Shown piece by piece: positions 38,807 to 48,210 of a DNA stretch of 64,000 nucleotides. The stretch is taken from assembly GCA_002407925.1 (NCBI GenBank), contig DHPN01000030.1:3209-67208 (forward strand), read 5' to 3'. Below the pieces are notes generated by a model. That model had not been told where the DNA came from and made no database searches. It saw only the letters and a program-made list of their open reading frames with translations. Each line of letters opens with the position of its first letter. Within the stretch, counting starts at the first letter, position 1. This stretch comes from Atopobiaceae bacterium UBA5363. GTDB lineage: Bacteria > Actinomycetota > Coriobacteriia > Coriobacteriales > Atopobiaceae. Both the position numbers and the translations under genes were made by a program.

Positions 38807-40471
38807 CTAGACCTCCATGACCACCGGTATGACCATTGGGCGGGTATGCGTCTTAGACCAAAGGAAGTTTGAGAGCCCACCGCGCACGCTACGGCGCAGC
38901 TGCTCCATGTTGGCACCTTCTGATTTCAAGTTTCTGTCAACCTGTGTCCTGACGCTATCCTGCGCCTCACTCAGCAGCTTATCATCTTGGGCATAGGAGA
39001 CGCCACGAGCAGACATCTCCACAGACGCTGCGCGGCGGTTGCGCTTTGAGATAGCGACCACGCAAGTGACAATGCCATCTTCGCCAAGCTTTTGCCTGTC
39101 ACGCAACACCACTGGGTCGGCATCAGTGACATTAAGTCCATCAACGTAGACGACGCCTGACTCGACAGGCGTGCCCCAACTGACTTTTCCGTCGATCATC
39201 TGCAGGGTATCACCATTGTTCGCGATGAAGATATGGTCCTTCGGTATGCCCATTTGCTCCGCAAGCTTCGCATGGGCGCGCAGATGAACGGCTTCGCCGT
39301 GGATGGGCATGAAGAAGTGCGGCTTGCACATTGCAATCATAAGCTTGAGCTCTTCTTGCCTGCCGTGGCCAGAGACATGGACCATGGCATTGTTTTTGTC
39401 ATAAATTGCGCAGCCTATCTTGGAAAGGGCGTTGATGACGCCTTGCACGCTCTTCTCATTGCCGGGTACCGGTGTGGCAGAAATGATCACCGTGTCGTCA
39501 GGGGTGATCTGCAACGACTTGTGCTCGCCGTTAGCCATGCGCGCCAAGGCGCTCATAGGCTCTCCCTGGCTTCCGGTGCAAAGCACGACAATCTTGTCGT
39601 CCGGTATCTCTTCCACCTCATAGGCATCAATGATGTCTTTGTCATCGATGTGCAGGTAACCAAGCTCACGGGCAACCCGCGTGTTGGTTACCATTGAGCG
39701 GCCTGTGACGACAACCTTGCGGCCCACCGCCGTGGCGGCGTCGCAAACTTGTTGGAGGCGGTGGATGTGGCTCGAAAAGCAAGCCACGAACACGCGGCCA
39801 GGAGCATTTTTGATCACATGCCGCAAGACGGGTCCTACTGCAGCCTCGCTTGGCGTGAACCCTGGCAGATTCGCGTTGGTGGAATCTGACATCAACAGGT
39901 CAATCCCCATCGTCGAAAAGCGGCTAATCGCCTGGTAATTAGGCGTAATACCGTCTATGGGCGTTTGGTCTAGCTTGAAGTCGCAGGTATGCAGCACAGA
40001 GCCTGCTGGGGTCCTGAGATAGATGCCGAGCGCACCGGGTATGGAGTGGGTGACTGCAAAAAAGTCAATCGAAAAAGACCCAAGGTTCAAATGCGTGCCG
40101 TTTTGCACCTCGCGAAATCGGGGCGAGTTTATCTTATGCTCAGACAGCTTCCCCTCAATGATGCCCAACGTGAGCTTGCTTGCATAGATGGGCACCTTGC
40201 GCCTGAGGTCTGCCAAAAGATAGGGAAGCGCACCTGTATGGTCCTCGTGACCATGCGTGACGAGGATGCCTCGCAGCTTGTCCTCGTGCTCTAGCACGTA
40301 GGTGTAATCTGGCAAGACAAGATCAATTCCTGGCTGGTCGTCATCTGGGAACATAAGTCCTGCGTCAATGAGCACCATGTCGTTTCCGTACTCGAAAACG
40401 GTCATATTCTTTCCAATGCCGTCAAGGCCACCTAAAGGAATGACCTTGAGCGGGATTTGTTTCTTTGCCAT
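38807..40471 (-). CDS. rnj: Ribonuclease J
   Basis: PLGGLDGIGKNM, THGHEDHTG, TGSQGEP, HVSGHG, PIHGE. Confidence 0.97.
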   Translation of the reverse strand: MAKKQIPLKVIPLGGLDGIGKNMTVFEYGNDMVLIDAGLMFPDDDQPGIDLVLPDYTYVLEHEDKLRGILVTHGHEDHTGALPYLLADLRRKVPIYASKLTLGIIEGKLSEHKINSPRFREVQNGTHLNLGSFSIDFFAVTHSIPGALGIYLRTPAGSVLHTCDFKLDQTPIDGITPNYQAISRFSTMGIDLLMSDSTNANLPGFTPSEAAVGPVLRHVIKNAPGRVFVACFSSHIHRLQQVCDAATAVGRKVVVTGRSMVTNTRVARELGYLHIDDKDIIDAYEVEEIPDDKIVVLCTGSQGEPMSALARMANGEHKSLQITPDDTVIISATPVPGNEKSVQGVINALSKIGCAIYDKNNAMVHVSGHGRQEELKLMIAMCKPHFFMPIHGEAVHLRAHAKLAEQMGIPKDHIFIANNGDTLQMIDGKVSWGTPVESGVVYVDGLNVTDADPVVLRDRQKLGEDGIVTCVVAISKRNRRAASVEMSARGVSYAQDDKLLSEAQDSVRTQVDRNLKSEGANMEQLRRSVRGGLSNFLWSKTHTRPMVIPVVMEV

Positions 40472-40731
40472 AAGCGTTTAATTTCCTTTCGTAATACATC
40501 GTCTACATTATTTCCACGGCCTTGGCGACCGTCACATTTTTCTCTTCCATTCCATTGTAGGCATCGCCACGGTTCTGCGCATGAGCCGTCCATAAGCTTA
40601 AAATTGCCGTTTGCCGAGCAATTTCTTATCCACGCATAGCCATATGCGAATCGGGTATTCAATAATTACACAAAGTCTTCGAGTGCTTTTTCAGAGATGG
40701 GGGCGATTCCGATGGGCATATCACAGCTAGA

Positions 40732-41077
40732 GGCTGCTGAGGAAGGTGAGAAGTCTGCTTCCCTTCTCAATGCGATGGCTTTCGTCGTGATCTCCGCTTC
40801 TTTGAGACTATGCTAAGAGCAGTCTAGTTAGGGGAATACTGTATCCCACAGCGGAAAGTTATCGATGTTAAAGTCAAGTCGACCTTCTCAGCAGCCCTTA
40901 TTTGTACAGGCAGCCGAGGCGACGATCAGAAAGGGAAAGCTTCACTAAGGATCAGAGCTTTTATTCTTGCCTAAAAGAAGCAGCATCAAAAGAGTCAGAT
41001 GTGCAATAAGTAGGCTGATTCCAAGGGGAAAGTAGAAACGAAGACGCTTCGTCCAAAGCGGCGAGGCGTCTTTTTTT
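40732..41077 (+). ncRNA. Candidate structured non-coding RNA (6S-like rod 40732-40896 plus 3' domain and terminator)
   Basis: End pairing 40732-40747 with 40882-40896, and inner helix 40773-40783 with 40854-40864. G-U pairs work only on +. A + oriented terminator is present although no + CDS lies here. Confidence 0.55.
41041..41077 (+). terminator. Rho-independent terminator on + strand
   Basis: AAGACGCTTCGTC-CAAAGC-GGCGAGGCGTCTT then TTTTT. Two G-U pairs become A-C mismatches on the minus strand. Confidence 0.8.
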
Positions 41078-41121
41078 GTCTAGCTCATCTCTCACGCCAT
41101 CTGCCCGAAAAAGCTGCGGAG

Positions 41122-43386
41122 CTATCCCTCATGATGACGACGTGGCGTGTGCTGGCCATTGCCTCCAAGAGCGCCTTGATCTCCTGGATGGCGATGAAAG
41201 CCATGATTTGCATGACGCTCGCGAGGCTCGTGGTCACGGTGATCATGACGCTCGCCGTGAGTGTCATGATGGTGGTTCGTATCTGCTGCAGGAGCATCAG
41301 GCTTGTCAAGGCGATCAAGGCTGATCTTGCCCTTTTCGTCTACATCAAGCACCTTTACCTTGACTTCATCACCTATCGAGAGCACATCCTCAACTTTGTT
41401 GACATGGCCCTTTGCAACGCGGGACACATGCAGCAAGCCATCTTTGCCCGGCAGGAGCTCAACAAAGGCACCAAAGGGCTGGATGCCGACAACGCGGCCT
41501 GTATACTCTTCGCCCACCTCAGGGACCTTCACGATTTGCTTGATGCGCTCAGCGGCCTCTTTCCCAGCCGCAGCGGTGCCAGAGATAAAGACGGATCCGT
41601 CCTCTTGGATGTCGATCGCCGCACCCGTGTCCTCTTGTATGCCGCGAATGACCTTGCCGCCTGAGCCGATGACGTCACGAATCTTATCAGTCGCGATATG
41701 AAGGCTGATGATCTGAGGAGCTGATGCCTTTGTATGCTCACGCGGCTTAGGGACAGCATCGAGCATCGCATCAAGAATGAACATGCGACCCTCGTGAGCC
41801 TGTTGGAGCGCCTGACGGAAAATTTCGGGTGTCAGGCCCGTGGCCTTGTTATCCATCTGCATGGCGGTGATTCCCTTGGTGGTGCCTGTCACCTTGAAGT
41901 CCATGTCGCCAAGGAAGTCCTCAAGACCTTGGATATCGGTCAAAACAACCGTTTTGCCCTCTTCTTGGATCAATCCCATGGCCACGCCGGACACCGGTCT
42001 TTTGATGGGTACACCAGCATCCATAAGAGCAAGCGTTGATCCGCAGGTAGAAGCCATAGAGCTTGAGCCGTTTGACTCCATCACCTCAGAGACCACCCGT
42101 ATCGTATAGGGGAACTCCTCCTCTGAAGGAATAACTGGCAGCAGAGCACGCTCCGCCAATGCCCCGTGTCCAATCTCGCGCCGCTTGGGCGATCCTATGC
42201 GGCCGGTCTCGCCGGTGCAATAAGGCGGGAAGTTGTAATGGTGTATGTAGCGCTTACCATCAACCGGCTCGATGGTATCAAGGCGCTGCCACTCATTGAG
42301 CATGCCAAGGGTGCACACTGAGAGAACCTGCGTCTGCCCACGCTGGAACAGGCCGGAGCCATGGACGAGCGGCAGGTAGTTGCCCTTGATGTAGAGCGGC
42401 CGAACCTCGTTTGCCTTACGCCCATCGACGCGCTCGCCCGTCTCGACGACCATGCGTCTCATCGCGTGCTTCTCAAGGCTCTTGAGCTCGACTGGGATGG
42501 CGCGATTCCACTCCTGCTGCTCCTCCTCGCTAAACTCAGCTTGGATCGACTCCTTGAGCGCCTCAATCTTATCGATGCGAGAGAGCTTGTCGGTGTCTTT
42601 AAGAGCTGTGCTCATTTCATCATAATGGGCAAACACACGCTCGTGAACCTCAGGGACAGGCTCGTCAAGCACATATTCGCGGTGCGGGAACTCGCCGTTT
42701 GTCGCACGCACCTTGTCGAAGAACTTCTTCTCCTCCTCGCAGAAGGCAGCAATGGCCTCTTGGCCAAAAGACATTGCGGCAAGCATGTCTTCTTCTGGAA
42801 TCTCCTTGGCCCCTGCCTCAAGCATAGAGATGTATGACGCTGAACCAGCGAGCTCAAGGTCAAGATCAGAGGTCTTGCGCTCCTCATAGGTGGGGTTTAC
42901 TAAAAACTCGTCTGTATCTGTGTTGCGGCCAATGCGCACGCACGCCAGCGGCCCTTCAAAAGGCACTCCGCCAACCGTAAGCGCCGCTGATGCACCCATC
43001 ACTGAGATTGTGTCAACTGAATTGACCTGGTCGGCAACGAGTGGCATTGCAACGACTTGCACCTCGTTGCGAAAGCCCTCAGGAAATGACGGGCGCAACG
43101 GACGGTCGATCATGCGCGCCGTCAAGGTCGCCTTTTCGGAAGGGCGTGCCTCCCGCTTCAGGTAGCCCCCGGGTATGCGGCCAACCGCATACATCTTTTC
43201 AATGAAATCAACTGTCAGTGGGAAGAAGTCGTAATCCTTGCGCTCTTTGGAGACAACCACCGTAACGTTAACGGTTGAGTCGCCGCACTTAACGAGGCAC
43301 TCCCCTGTCGCCTGCTTGGCAAGCTCCCCTGTTTCGAGGGAATAATGTTTGCCATAGAGATCGAATTCGTGTGTAACTTTCGCCAT
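41122..43386 (-). CDS. pnp: Polyribonucleotide nucleotidyltransferase
   Basis: FFPLTVD, RRE-GHG, SNGSSSMAS, GDMDFKV, KH and S1 domains; His-rich tail. Confidence 0.98.
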   Translation of the reverse strand: MAKVTHEFDLYGKHYSLETGELAKQATGECLVKCGDSTVNVTVVVSKERKDYDFFPLTVDFIEKMYAVGRIPGGYLKREARPSEKATLTARMIDRPLRPSFPEGFRNEVQVVAMPLVADQVNSVDTISVMGASAALTVGGVPFEGPLACVRIGRNTDTDEFLVNPTYEERKTSDLDLELAGSASYISMLEAGAKEIPEEDMLAAMSFGQEAIAAFCEEEKKFFDKVRATNGEFPHREYVLDEPVPEVHERVFAHYDEMSTALKDTDKLSRIDKIEALKESIQAEFSEEEQQEWNRAIPVELKSLEKHAMRRMVVETGERVDGRKANEVRPLYIKGNYLPLVHGSGLFQRGQTQVLSVCTLGMLNEWQRLDTIEPVDGKRYIHHYNFPPYCTGETGRIGSPKRREIGHGALAERALLPVIPSEEEFPYTIRVVSEVMESNGSSSMASTCGSTLALMDAGVPIKRPVSGVAMGLIQEEGKTVVLTDIQGLEDFLGDMDFKVTGTTKGITAMQMDNKATGLTPEIFRQALQQAHEGRMFILDAMLDAVPKPREHTKASAPQIISLHIATDKIRDVIGSGGKVIRGIQEDTGAAIDIQEDGSVFISGTAAAGKEAAERIKQIVKVPEVGEEYTGRVVGIQPFGAFVELLPGKDGLLHVSRVAKGHVNKVEDVLSIGDEVKVKVLDVDEKGKISLDRLDKPDAPAADTNHHHDTHGERHDHRDHEPRERHANHGFHRHPGDQGALGGNGQHTPRRHHEG

Positions 43387-43481
43387 TCTTTTCCCTTATC
43401 TCCACCTACCCCAATGTAGGTGGGCCGCCTTGCGGACATCTTGTCCGCTGCGATCTTTATCTGAAGGATCGCACCTTATAG

Positions 43482-43510
43482 CAAAAAGAGCGCCTTGCGG
43501 CGCCCTTTTG
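43482..43510 (-). terminator. rpsO terminator
   Basis: AAAAGGGCGCC-GCAA-GGCGCTCTTTT on the minus strand. Confidence 0.8.
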
Positions 43511-43516
43511 TATCCG

Positions 43517-43795
43517 CTACTGAATGTTGTCTCGGATACCGAGGCTCTTGATGAGCGAACGATACCCTTCCACGTCTCGAGCCTTGATGTAGCCGAGGAG
43601 TCGACGACGCTTGCCAACTAGCATGAGCAGCCCTCGACGACTGTGATAATCCTTTTTATGGGACTTCATATGCTCTGTGAGCCCCTGAATGCGCTCAGTC
43701 AGAAGAGCAACCTGCACTTCTGCAGAGCCACTGTCATGCTCATTCTTTCCATATTGAGCAACGAGCTCAGCCTTGCGCTCCTTGGTAACTGCCAT
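43517..43795 (-). CDS. rpsO: 30S ribosomal protein S15
   Basis: [33 protein letters not shown]. Confidence 0.99.
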   Translation of the reverse strand: MAVTKERKAELVAQYGKNEHDSGSAEVQVALLTERIQGLTEHMKSHKKDYHSRRGLLMLVGKRRRLLGYIKARDVEGYRSLIKSLGIRDNIQ

Positions 43796-43809
43796 ATTGC
43801 ATGCACCTT

Positions 43810-43888
43810 TCCTGCGGACAGGGTCCGCCTCGTATTCGCCTCAAACCGAGCTAGCCGTCGGTGGAACAAACTGCTAGGTCTGAGGTAC
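43810..43888 (-). promoter_or_regulatory. Probable S15 autoregulatory leader
   Basis: Minus-strand helices CCTCAGACC/GGTTTGAGG and CTAGC/GCTAG, plus hairpin GCGGAC-CCT-GTCCGC just before the RBS. Confidence 0.5.
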
Positions 43889-43965
43889 AACCTTTGTGAC
43901 TTTACCACAAACTGCTCAAGCGTACAAAAACAATCGACAGCAACGAGAAGTTCGAGATGTTCGCA

Positions 43966-44493
43966 TCAGCCGAGCTGCTCATAGGCAGCATATTCGCTTG
44001 CTCGGAAACAGCAGAGGTATATCTGCAGCTGTGCCGCCTTATGAGCGGAAAGCCACTTTTCTGTGGCCTGCAAAGCAATATGCGCCGCCTCTGAAAGCGG
44101 ATACCCATAGACGCCGCATGAGATGCAGGGAAAGGCCACTGACGAGCAATCTGCTTGGGATGCGAGATCTAACGAAGAAGCATAGCAACTTGCCAGCTGC
44201 GAGGCCTCTCGAGGACTTCCATGGTAAACAGGACCTACCGTATGAATTATGTGCTTGGCGTAGGTGATGTCATATGCCTTGGTAATTTTTGCCGATCCAA
44301 CAGGACAGCCGCCAAGGGTCCGGCACTCGGCAAGAAGCCTGGGCCCTGCCGCCCGGTGTATTGCGCCGTCGACGCCTCCGCCGCCAAGCAGGGTAGAATT
44401 GGCTGCGTTAACAATCGCGTCGACCGGTATGTCGAGCACGCTCCCTTTGAAAAGCCAGATGGATGACGTGCCTATCTCCCTCAGCTTCTTCAT
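43966..44493 (-). CDS. Macrodomain O-acetyl-ADP-ribose deacetylase
   Basis: AIVNAANSTLLGGGGVDGAIHRAAGP, IIHTVGP, FPCISCGVYGYP. Confidence 0.93.
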   Translation of the reverse strand: MKKLREIGTSSIWLFKGSVLDIPVDAIVNAANSTLLGGGGVDGAIHRAAGPRLLAECRTLGGCPVGSAKITKAYDITYAKHIIHTVGPVYHGSPREASQLASCYASSLDLASQADCSSVAFPCISCGVYGYPLSEAAHIALQATEKWLSAHKAAQLQIYLCCFRASEYAAYEQLG

Positions 44494-44592
44494 GGCGCTG
44501 TTCCTCCCTTTTGACTATCATGCATCACTCGTCTGTCTTGTATGGTAGGTATTAGGCAACCGTCGATCAGGCGACTTAACCACAAACTTAGC

Positions 44593-45342
44593 TCAGAGAG
44601 ACAGCAAGAACTCAAATGCCTTCAAGCGCATGTCAAGCTGCGTAGTCGCCCAACGGTAAGCAAGCGTAAGAAGCAAGTTGGCTTCCCCTTCGCGTATGTT
44701 AGCGCAAAGCAGCTCATCGAAGGTATTGGTGATCAAAGACCTCAGCTGCGCCGTCTCAGAGCTTGACAGTCGCTCTGCGCCAGCTGTCTCCCTTGCGCAA
44801 CTCGCGCATAGCATGCCACCTGATGTAGGGGAAAACCACTCCACTGCCGGATCCCCGCAGGCGACACAGCTATCGAGCTGTGGCTTCCAGCCACTGTGCG
44901 CAAGCACCTTAAAGGCGTAAGCGGCCACGACAAGATTAAGATGAACTTGGTCGCAAGCCTGCTCGCAAGCTCTTAGCGCTCTCGAGCAAATAGCATACAG
45001 ATACGCGTCAGTTGCATCTTCGAGGCTCGTGAGGCGGGCGAGCTCGCAGATCGCCGATGCTGCGCTCACGCGCTCCAATTTTCCGCGTAGGCCGACGTGC
45101 GCGCATACAATGGAGGCTTCCGTCACGATGTCGAGCGAACGTCCGCGCGCTATGAGGAAGTCGTCTTCATAAAAAAGATCGCAGCGTGCTGCGAAGCGGC
45201 TGCCGGGTTTGCGGGCTCCCTTAGCCACAGCGCGCAGCTGTGAGCCATCTGCGGACAGCATTGTCAAGATCAGGTCCTGCTCGGCCAGCTTCGTTAAGCC
45301 CAGCACGATCGCCTTGGTATGAAAAGATCTGCGACTGCCCAT
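44593..45342 (-). CDS. recO: DNA repair protein RecO
   Basis: EQDLILT, AVAKGARKPGSR, CVACG...CASC Zn finger; lies after era. Confidence 0.93.
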   Translation of the reverse strand: MGSRRSFHTKAIVLGLTKLAEQDLILTMLSADGSQLRAVAKGARKPGSRFAARCDLFYEDDFLIARGRSLDIVTEASIVCAHVGLRGKLERVSAASAICELARLTSLEDATDAYLYAICSRALRACEQACDQVHLNLVVAAYAFKVLAHSGWKPQLDSCVACGDPAVEWFSPTSGGMLCASCARETAGAERLSSSETAQLRSLITNTFDELLCANIREGEANLLLTLAYRWATTQLDMRLKAFEFLLSL

Positions 45343-45349
45343 GGCTTAC

Positions 45350-46267
45350 CTACTCATCAGCTGCAAGTCCAAGGCGTCTGATCTCTCCCTTGTCGCGACG
45401 CCAAGCTGGCTGCACTTGTACGCGTAGCTCCAAATAGGCGTGCGCATCAAGCAAGTGCTCGATGTCCCGACGCGCCTCGGTTCCTATCTTTTTCAGCATT
45501 TGGGCGTTGCGTCCTATCACAATGCCCTTTTGCCCTTCGCGCTCTACCAAGATAGTCGCCCTTATCGAGGCGTGACCATCACCTTTCCATGCGATCTCAT
45601 CGCAGCGGACGGCAAGGGAATGGGGGATTTCCTGCCTGAGATTGCGGAATGCCTTCTCACGCACGAACTCCGCCACGAGCTCCTCATCGCTCATATCAGT
45701 TGTGACGCCAGCAGGAAACCAGCGTGGCCCCTCGGGCATATGCGCTGAGACGCAGCTGATGAATGCATTGAGGTTGAAGCTCTCCTTTGCGGACACGACA
45801 ATGGCGTCATCGAAGTGAGTAAGTCCTCGGGCAGCTTCAAGTTGGTCTTGGGCGCGCTTTGGATCCACCAGATCCGCCTTGGTGATGACCAGCAGTTTGT
45901 ATGGCGCCGAACTCTCCTGCACGTGTGCCGCCACCCATGCGTCCCCCCTGCCGACGTTCGAGTCGGCAGCGATGAGCATCGCGATGGCGTCAGCATCGTC
46001 GAGCTCGCTAAGTGCTGCGCGGTTGAGTTCCTTGCCAAGCTCGTCTTTGGGCTTATGCAGGCCAGGAGTGTCAATGATCACAAGCTGTGAGCGTTCGGTG
46101 TCGACAACAGCACGCATGCGGCGCCGCGTCGTCTGCGCCACAGGGCTCGTAATGGCTAGCTTACGACCCACGAGTGCATTGAGCAGCGTCGACTTCCCCG
46201 CGTTCGGTCGACCGACAAGTGCGACGAAGCCACTTGTAAATCTTTCTGCGCAAGCCTGCTTGTCCAT
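45350..46267 (-). CDS. era: GTPase Era
   Basis: GRPNAGKS, QTTR, DTPG, TKAD, KH domain QKGIVIG. Start moved to ATG 46267. Confidence 0.96.
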   Translation of the reverse strand: MDKQACAERFTSGFVALVGRPNAGKSTLLNALVGRKLAITSPVAQTTRRRMRAVVDTERSQLVIIDTPGLHKPKDELGKELNRAALSELDDADAIAMLIAADSNVGRGDAWVAAHVQESSAPYKLLVITKADLVDPKRAQDQLEAARGLTHFDDAIVVSAKESFNLNAFISCVSAHMPEGPRWFPAGVTTDMSDEELVAEFVREKAFRNLRQEIPHSLAVRCDEIAWKGDGHASIRATILVEREGQKGIVIGRNAQMLKKIGTEARRDIEHLLDAHAYLELRVQVQPAWRRDKGEIRRLGLAADE

Positions 46268-46275
46268 AAGGCCCC

Positions 46276-46650
46276 CTAAAAAAAGAGCGCAGTGGCAAAA
46301 ACTATGATTCCTACGACGCCGACGGCAGCGCACAGTACAAGCTCAGAGGCAGCAGCGATGTCCTTCGCTCGGCCAGCGAGAGGGTGAAACTCAGGAGAAA
46401 CAAGGTCCACGACGGTCTCTATGGAGGTGTTCACAAGCTCTGAGGCGATAACTGCGCCGCAGCAAAGCACTATGATCGCCCAGCTCGTCGCATCAAGGCC
46501 GACGATAATTCCCGCGACGATCGTGATCCCCCCGCCCACCAACATCGCCTTGATATTTCTCTCCTGCGAAATGGCTGTCCGCAAGCCTTGGAGAGCGAAC
46601 AGGAAGCTACGGCGAAAGGTGGGGTGTGTCGGACGTCTGCCAGGAATCAT
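46276..46650 (-). CDS. dgkA: Diacylglycerol/undecaprenol kinase
   Basis: ELVNTSIETVVDL...AKDIAAA. Confidence 0.9.
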   Translation of the reverse strand: MIPGRRPTHPTFRRSFLFALQGLRTAISQERNIKAMLVGGGITIVAGIIVGLDATSWAIIVLCCGAVIASELVNTSIETVVDLVSPEFHPLAGRAKDIAAASELVLCAAVGVVGIIVFATALFF

Positions 46651-47168
46651 GTCAGTTCACTCCGATGCCTCGTAAGTGCAACGTGCCCTTTGCCCTTGTG
46701 AGGGGAAACAAGTTCCAGCAGCTTGTCTTCGCGCGCTTCCATACGCGCGGCCTCCTCATCCTCAAGATGATCATAGCCGAGCAAATGAAGAAGGCCGTGC
46801 ACAAAAAGCAGGCGGCACTCGTCTTGGGGGGTCCAGCCAAAGCTCTGCGCCTGCCGTGTTATATATGCCGTTGCGAGCACAATGTCGCCGAGCTCGCAGG
46901 GCTCACCCTCAAAGAGGTCCGGATCGTTCGGTCGCTCGCATTCGACAGACAAGACATCAGTAGGACGGTCCTGGTCACGAAACTGCCTGTTAAGCTGGCG
47001 CATGTGCTCGTCTGAGACGAAGCTGATCGACACGAGGCAGGGCCTTGTTATGCCTTCTTCTTCCAATACGGTGTTGCCAACCAGCTGCAGCTCCTTCTCA
47101 GAGAGAATCAGCTGCGCGTCGTCATCGCACGATATGTCAAACTGATGGGAATTGATTGTGTCTTTCAC
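46647..47168 (-). CDS. ybeY: rRNA maturation RNase YbeY
   Basis: LNRQFR..DRPTDVLS, LGDIV, HGLLHLLGYDH. GTG 47168 start. Confidence 0.95.
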   Translation of the reverse strand: MKDTINSHQFDISCDDDAQLILSEKELQLVGNTVLEEEGITRPCLVSISFVSDEHMRQLNRQFRDQDRPTDVLSVECERPNDPDLFEGEPCELGDIVLATAYITRQAQSFGWTPQDECRLLFVHGLLHLLGYDHLEDEEAARMEAREDKLLELVSPHKGKGHVALTRHRSELT

Positions 47169-47169
47169 G

Positions 47170-48129
47170 CTAGTTCCTTTTGGACGGAGCCTCAGCCATC
47201 GCATACGCGTCGACAATCTTCGCAACGAGCGAATGCCGCACAATATCACTCATCTCAAGGTCGACAAAGGATATCTCACTGATATGAGAGAGCACCTCGC
47301 GGGCGGAGTCAAGCCCGCTTTCGCCGAGAAGGTCACGTTGGCTTGCGTCGCCGGCAATGACGAAGGTTGAAGACAGGCCCAAGCGAGTGAGAAACATCTT
47401 CATCTGCTCTGGGGTAGTGTTTTGAGCCTCATCAAGAATAACGAAGGAGTCGTTGAAGGTACGCCCGCGCATAAAAGCCAGCGGGGAGATCTCGACGGTG
47501 CCTTGCTCAATCAGCGTTGTCGCGCGCTGGGCGTCGAGCATGTCAAAAAGCGCGTCATAAAGGGGGCGAACATAGGGATCGAGCTTCTCCTGCAGCGTAC
47601 CAGGCAAATAGCCCAAAGACTCGCCAGCCTCCACGACAGGGCGAACGAGCACGATGCGCCCAACCTCATGCTGCTTGAGGGCTGCTACGGCCATCGCCAT
47701 CGCAAGGTAGGTCTTCCCCGTTCCGGCGGGTCCGACGCAGAAGGTGATCTTATGCGAGCGTATTGCCTCCACGTAACGCCGCTGCCCTTTGGTCTTAGGT
47801 CGAATTACGCGGCCGCGATCCGTCAGCAGTATGTCATCTGAGGAGCGCGAGGTATTCGGCGTTCCATGGTTGATCTGCCCTATGATGCGATCCACGTCGC
47901 CAACGGCAAGGGGGCGCTTCGCCTCCGCATAGGTGATAAGACGGGAGAAAACCGCTGTGACCTCTTCAACGACCTCCGCTGACCCCTCAATGGAAATTTG
48001 ATTGCCACGCACGCTCACCATGGAGTCAAAGGCGGCATCGATTCGGCGCAACAGCGAGTCACGTGGCCCAGTCAAGACAACCGGGTCAACTGAGTCAGGT
48101 ATGGTCAAGCGCACACGGATCGGTTGCAT
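47170..48129 (-). CDS. PhoH family ATPase
   Basis: GPAGTGKT, RPVVEAGESLGYLPG, AFMRGRT, LDEAQN. Confidence 0.95.
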   Translation of the reverse strand: MQPIRVRLTIPDSVDPVVLTGPRDSLLRRIDAAFDSMVSVRGNQISIEGSAEVVEEVTAVFSRLITYAEAKRPLAVGDVDRIIGQINHGTPNTSRSSDDILLTDRGRVIRPKTKGQRRYVEAIRSHKITFCVGPAGTGKTYLAMAMAVAALKQHEVGRIVLVRPVVEAGESLGYLPGTLQEKLDPYVRPLYDALFDMLDAQRATTLIEQGTVEISPLAFMRGRTFNDSFVILDEAQNTTPEQMKMFLTRLGLSSTFVIAGDASQRDLLGESGLDSAREVLSHISEISFVDLEMSDIVRHSLVAKIVDAYAMAEAPSKRN

Positions 48130-48210
48130 AAGTCTCCCACTCAGATATGGGCTTCAGGGACGCCAAGTCCTCCTAAGCGTCAATGTAGCACGTCTATGGC
48201 TAGCAAAGGA

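Noticed and set aside
40432-40662. Short ORFs 40432-40662 (-) and 40457-40639 (+)
   Set aside because: They overlap the rnj start, and I saw no motif or convincing RBS.
40698-41077. tmRNA, RNase P RNA, T-box or lysine riboswitch as the identity of the rnj-pnp intergenic RNA
   Set aside because: Only superficial starts match (GGGGGCGATT, GAGGAAGGT, TAGAGGCTGC). There is no tRNA-like 3' end, no RNase P closing motif, no T-box bulge and no L-box core.
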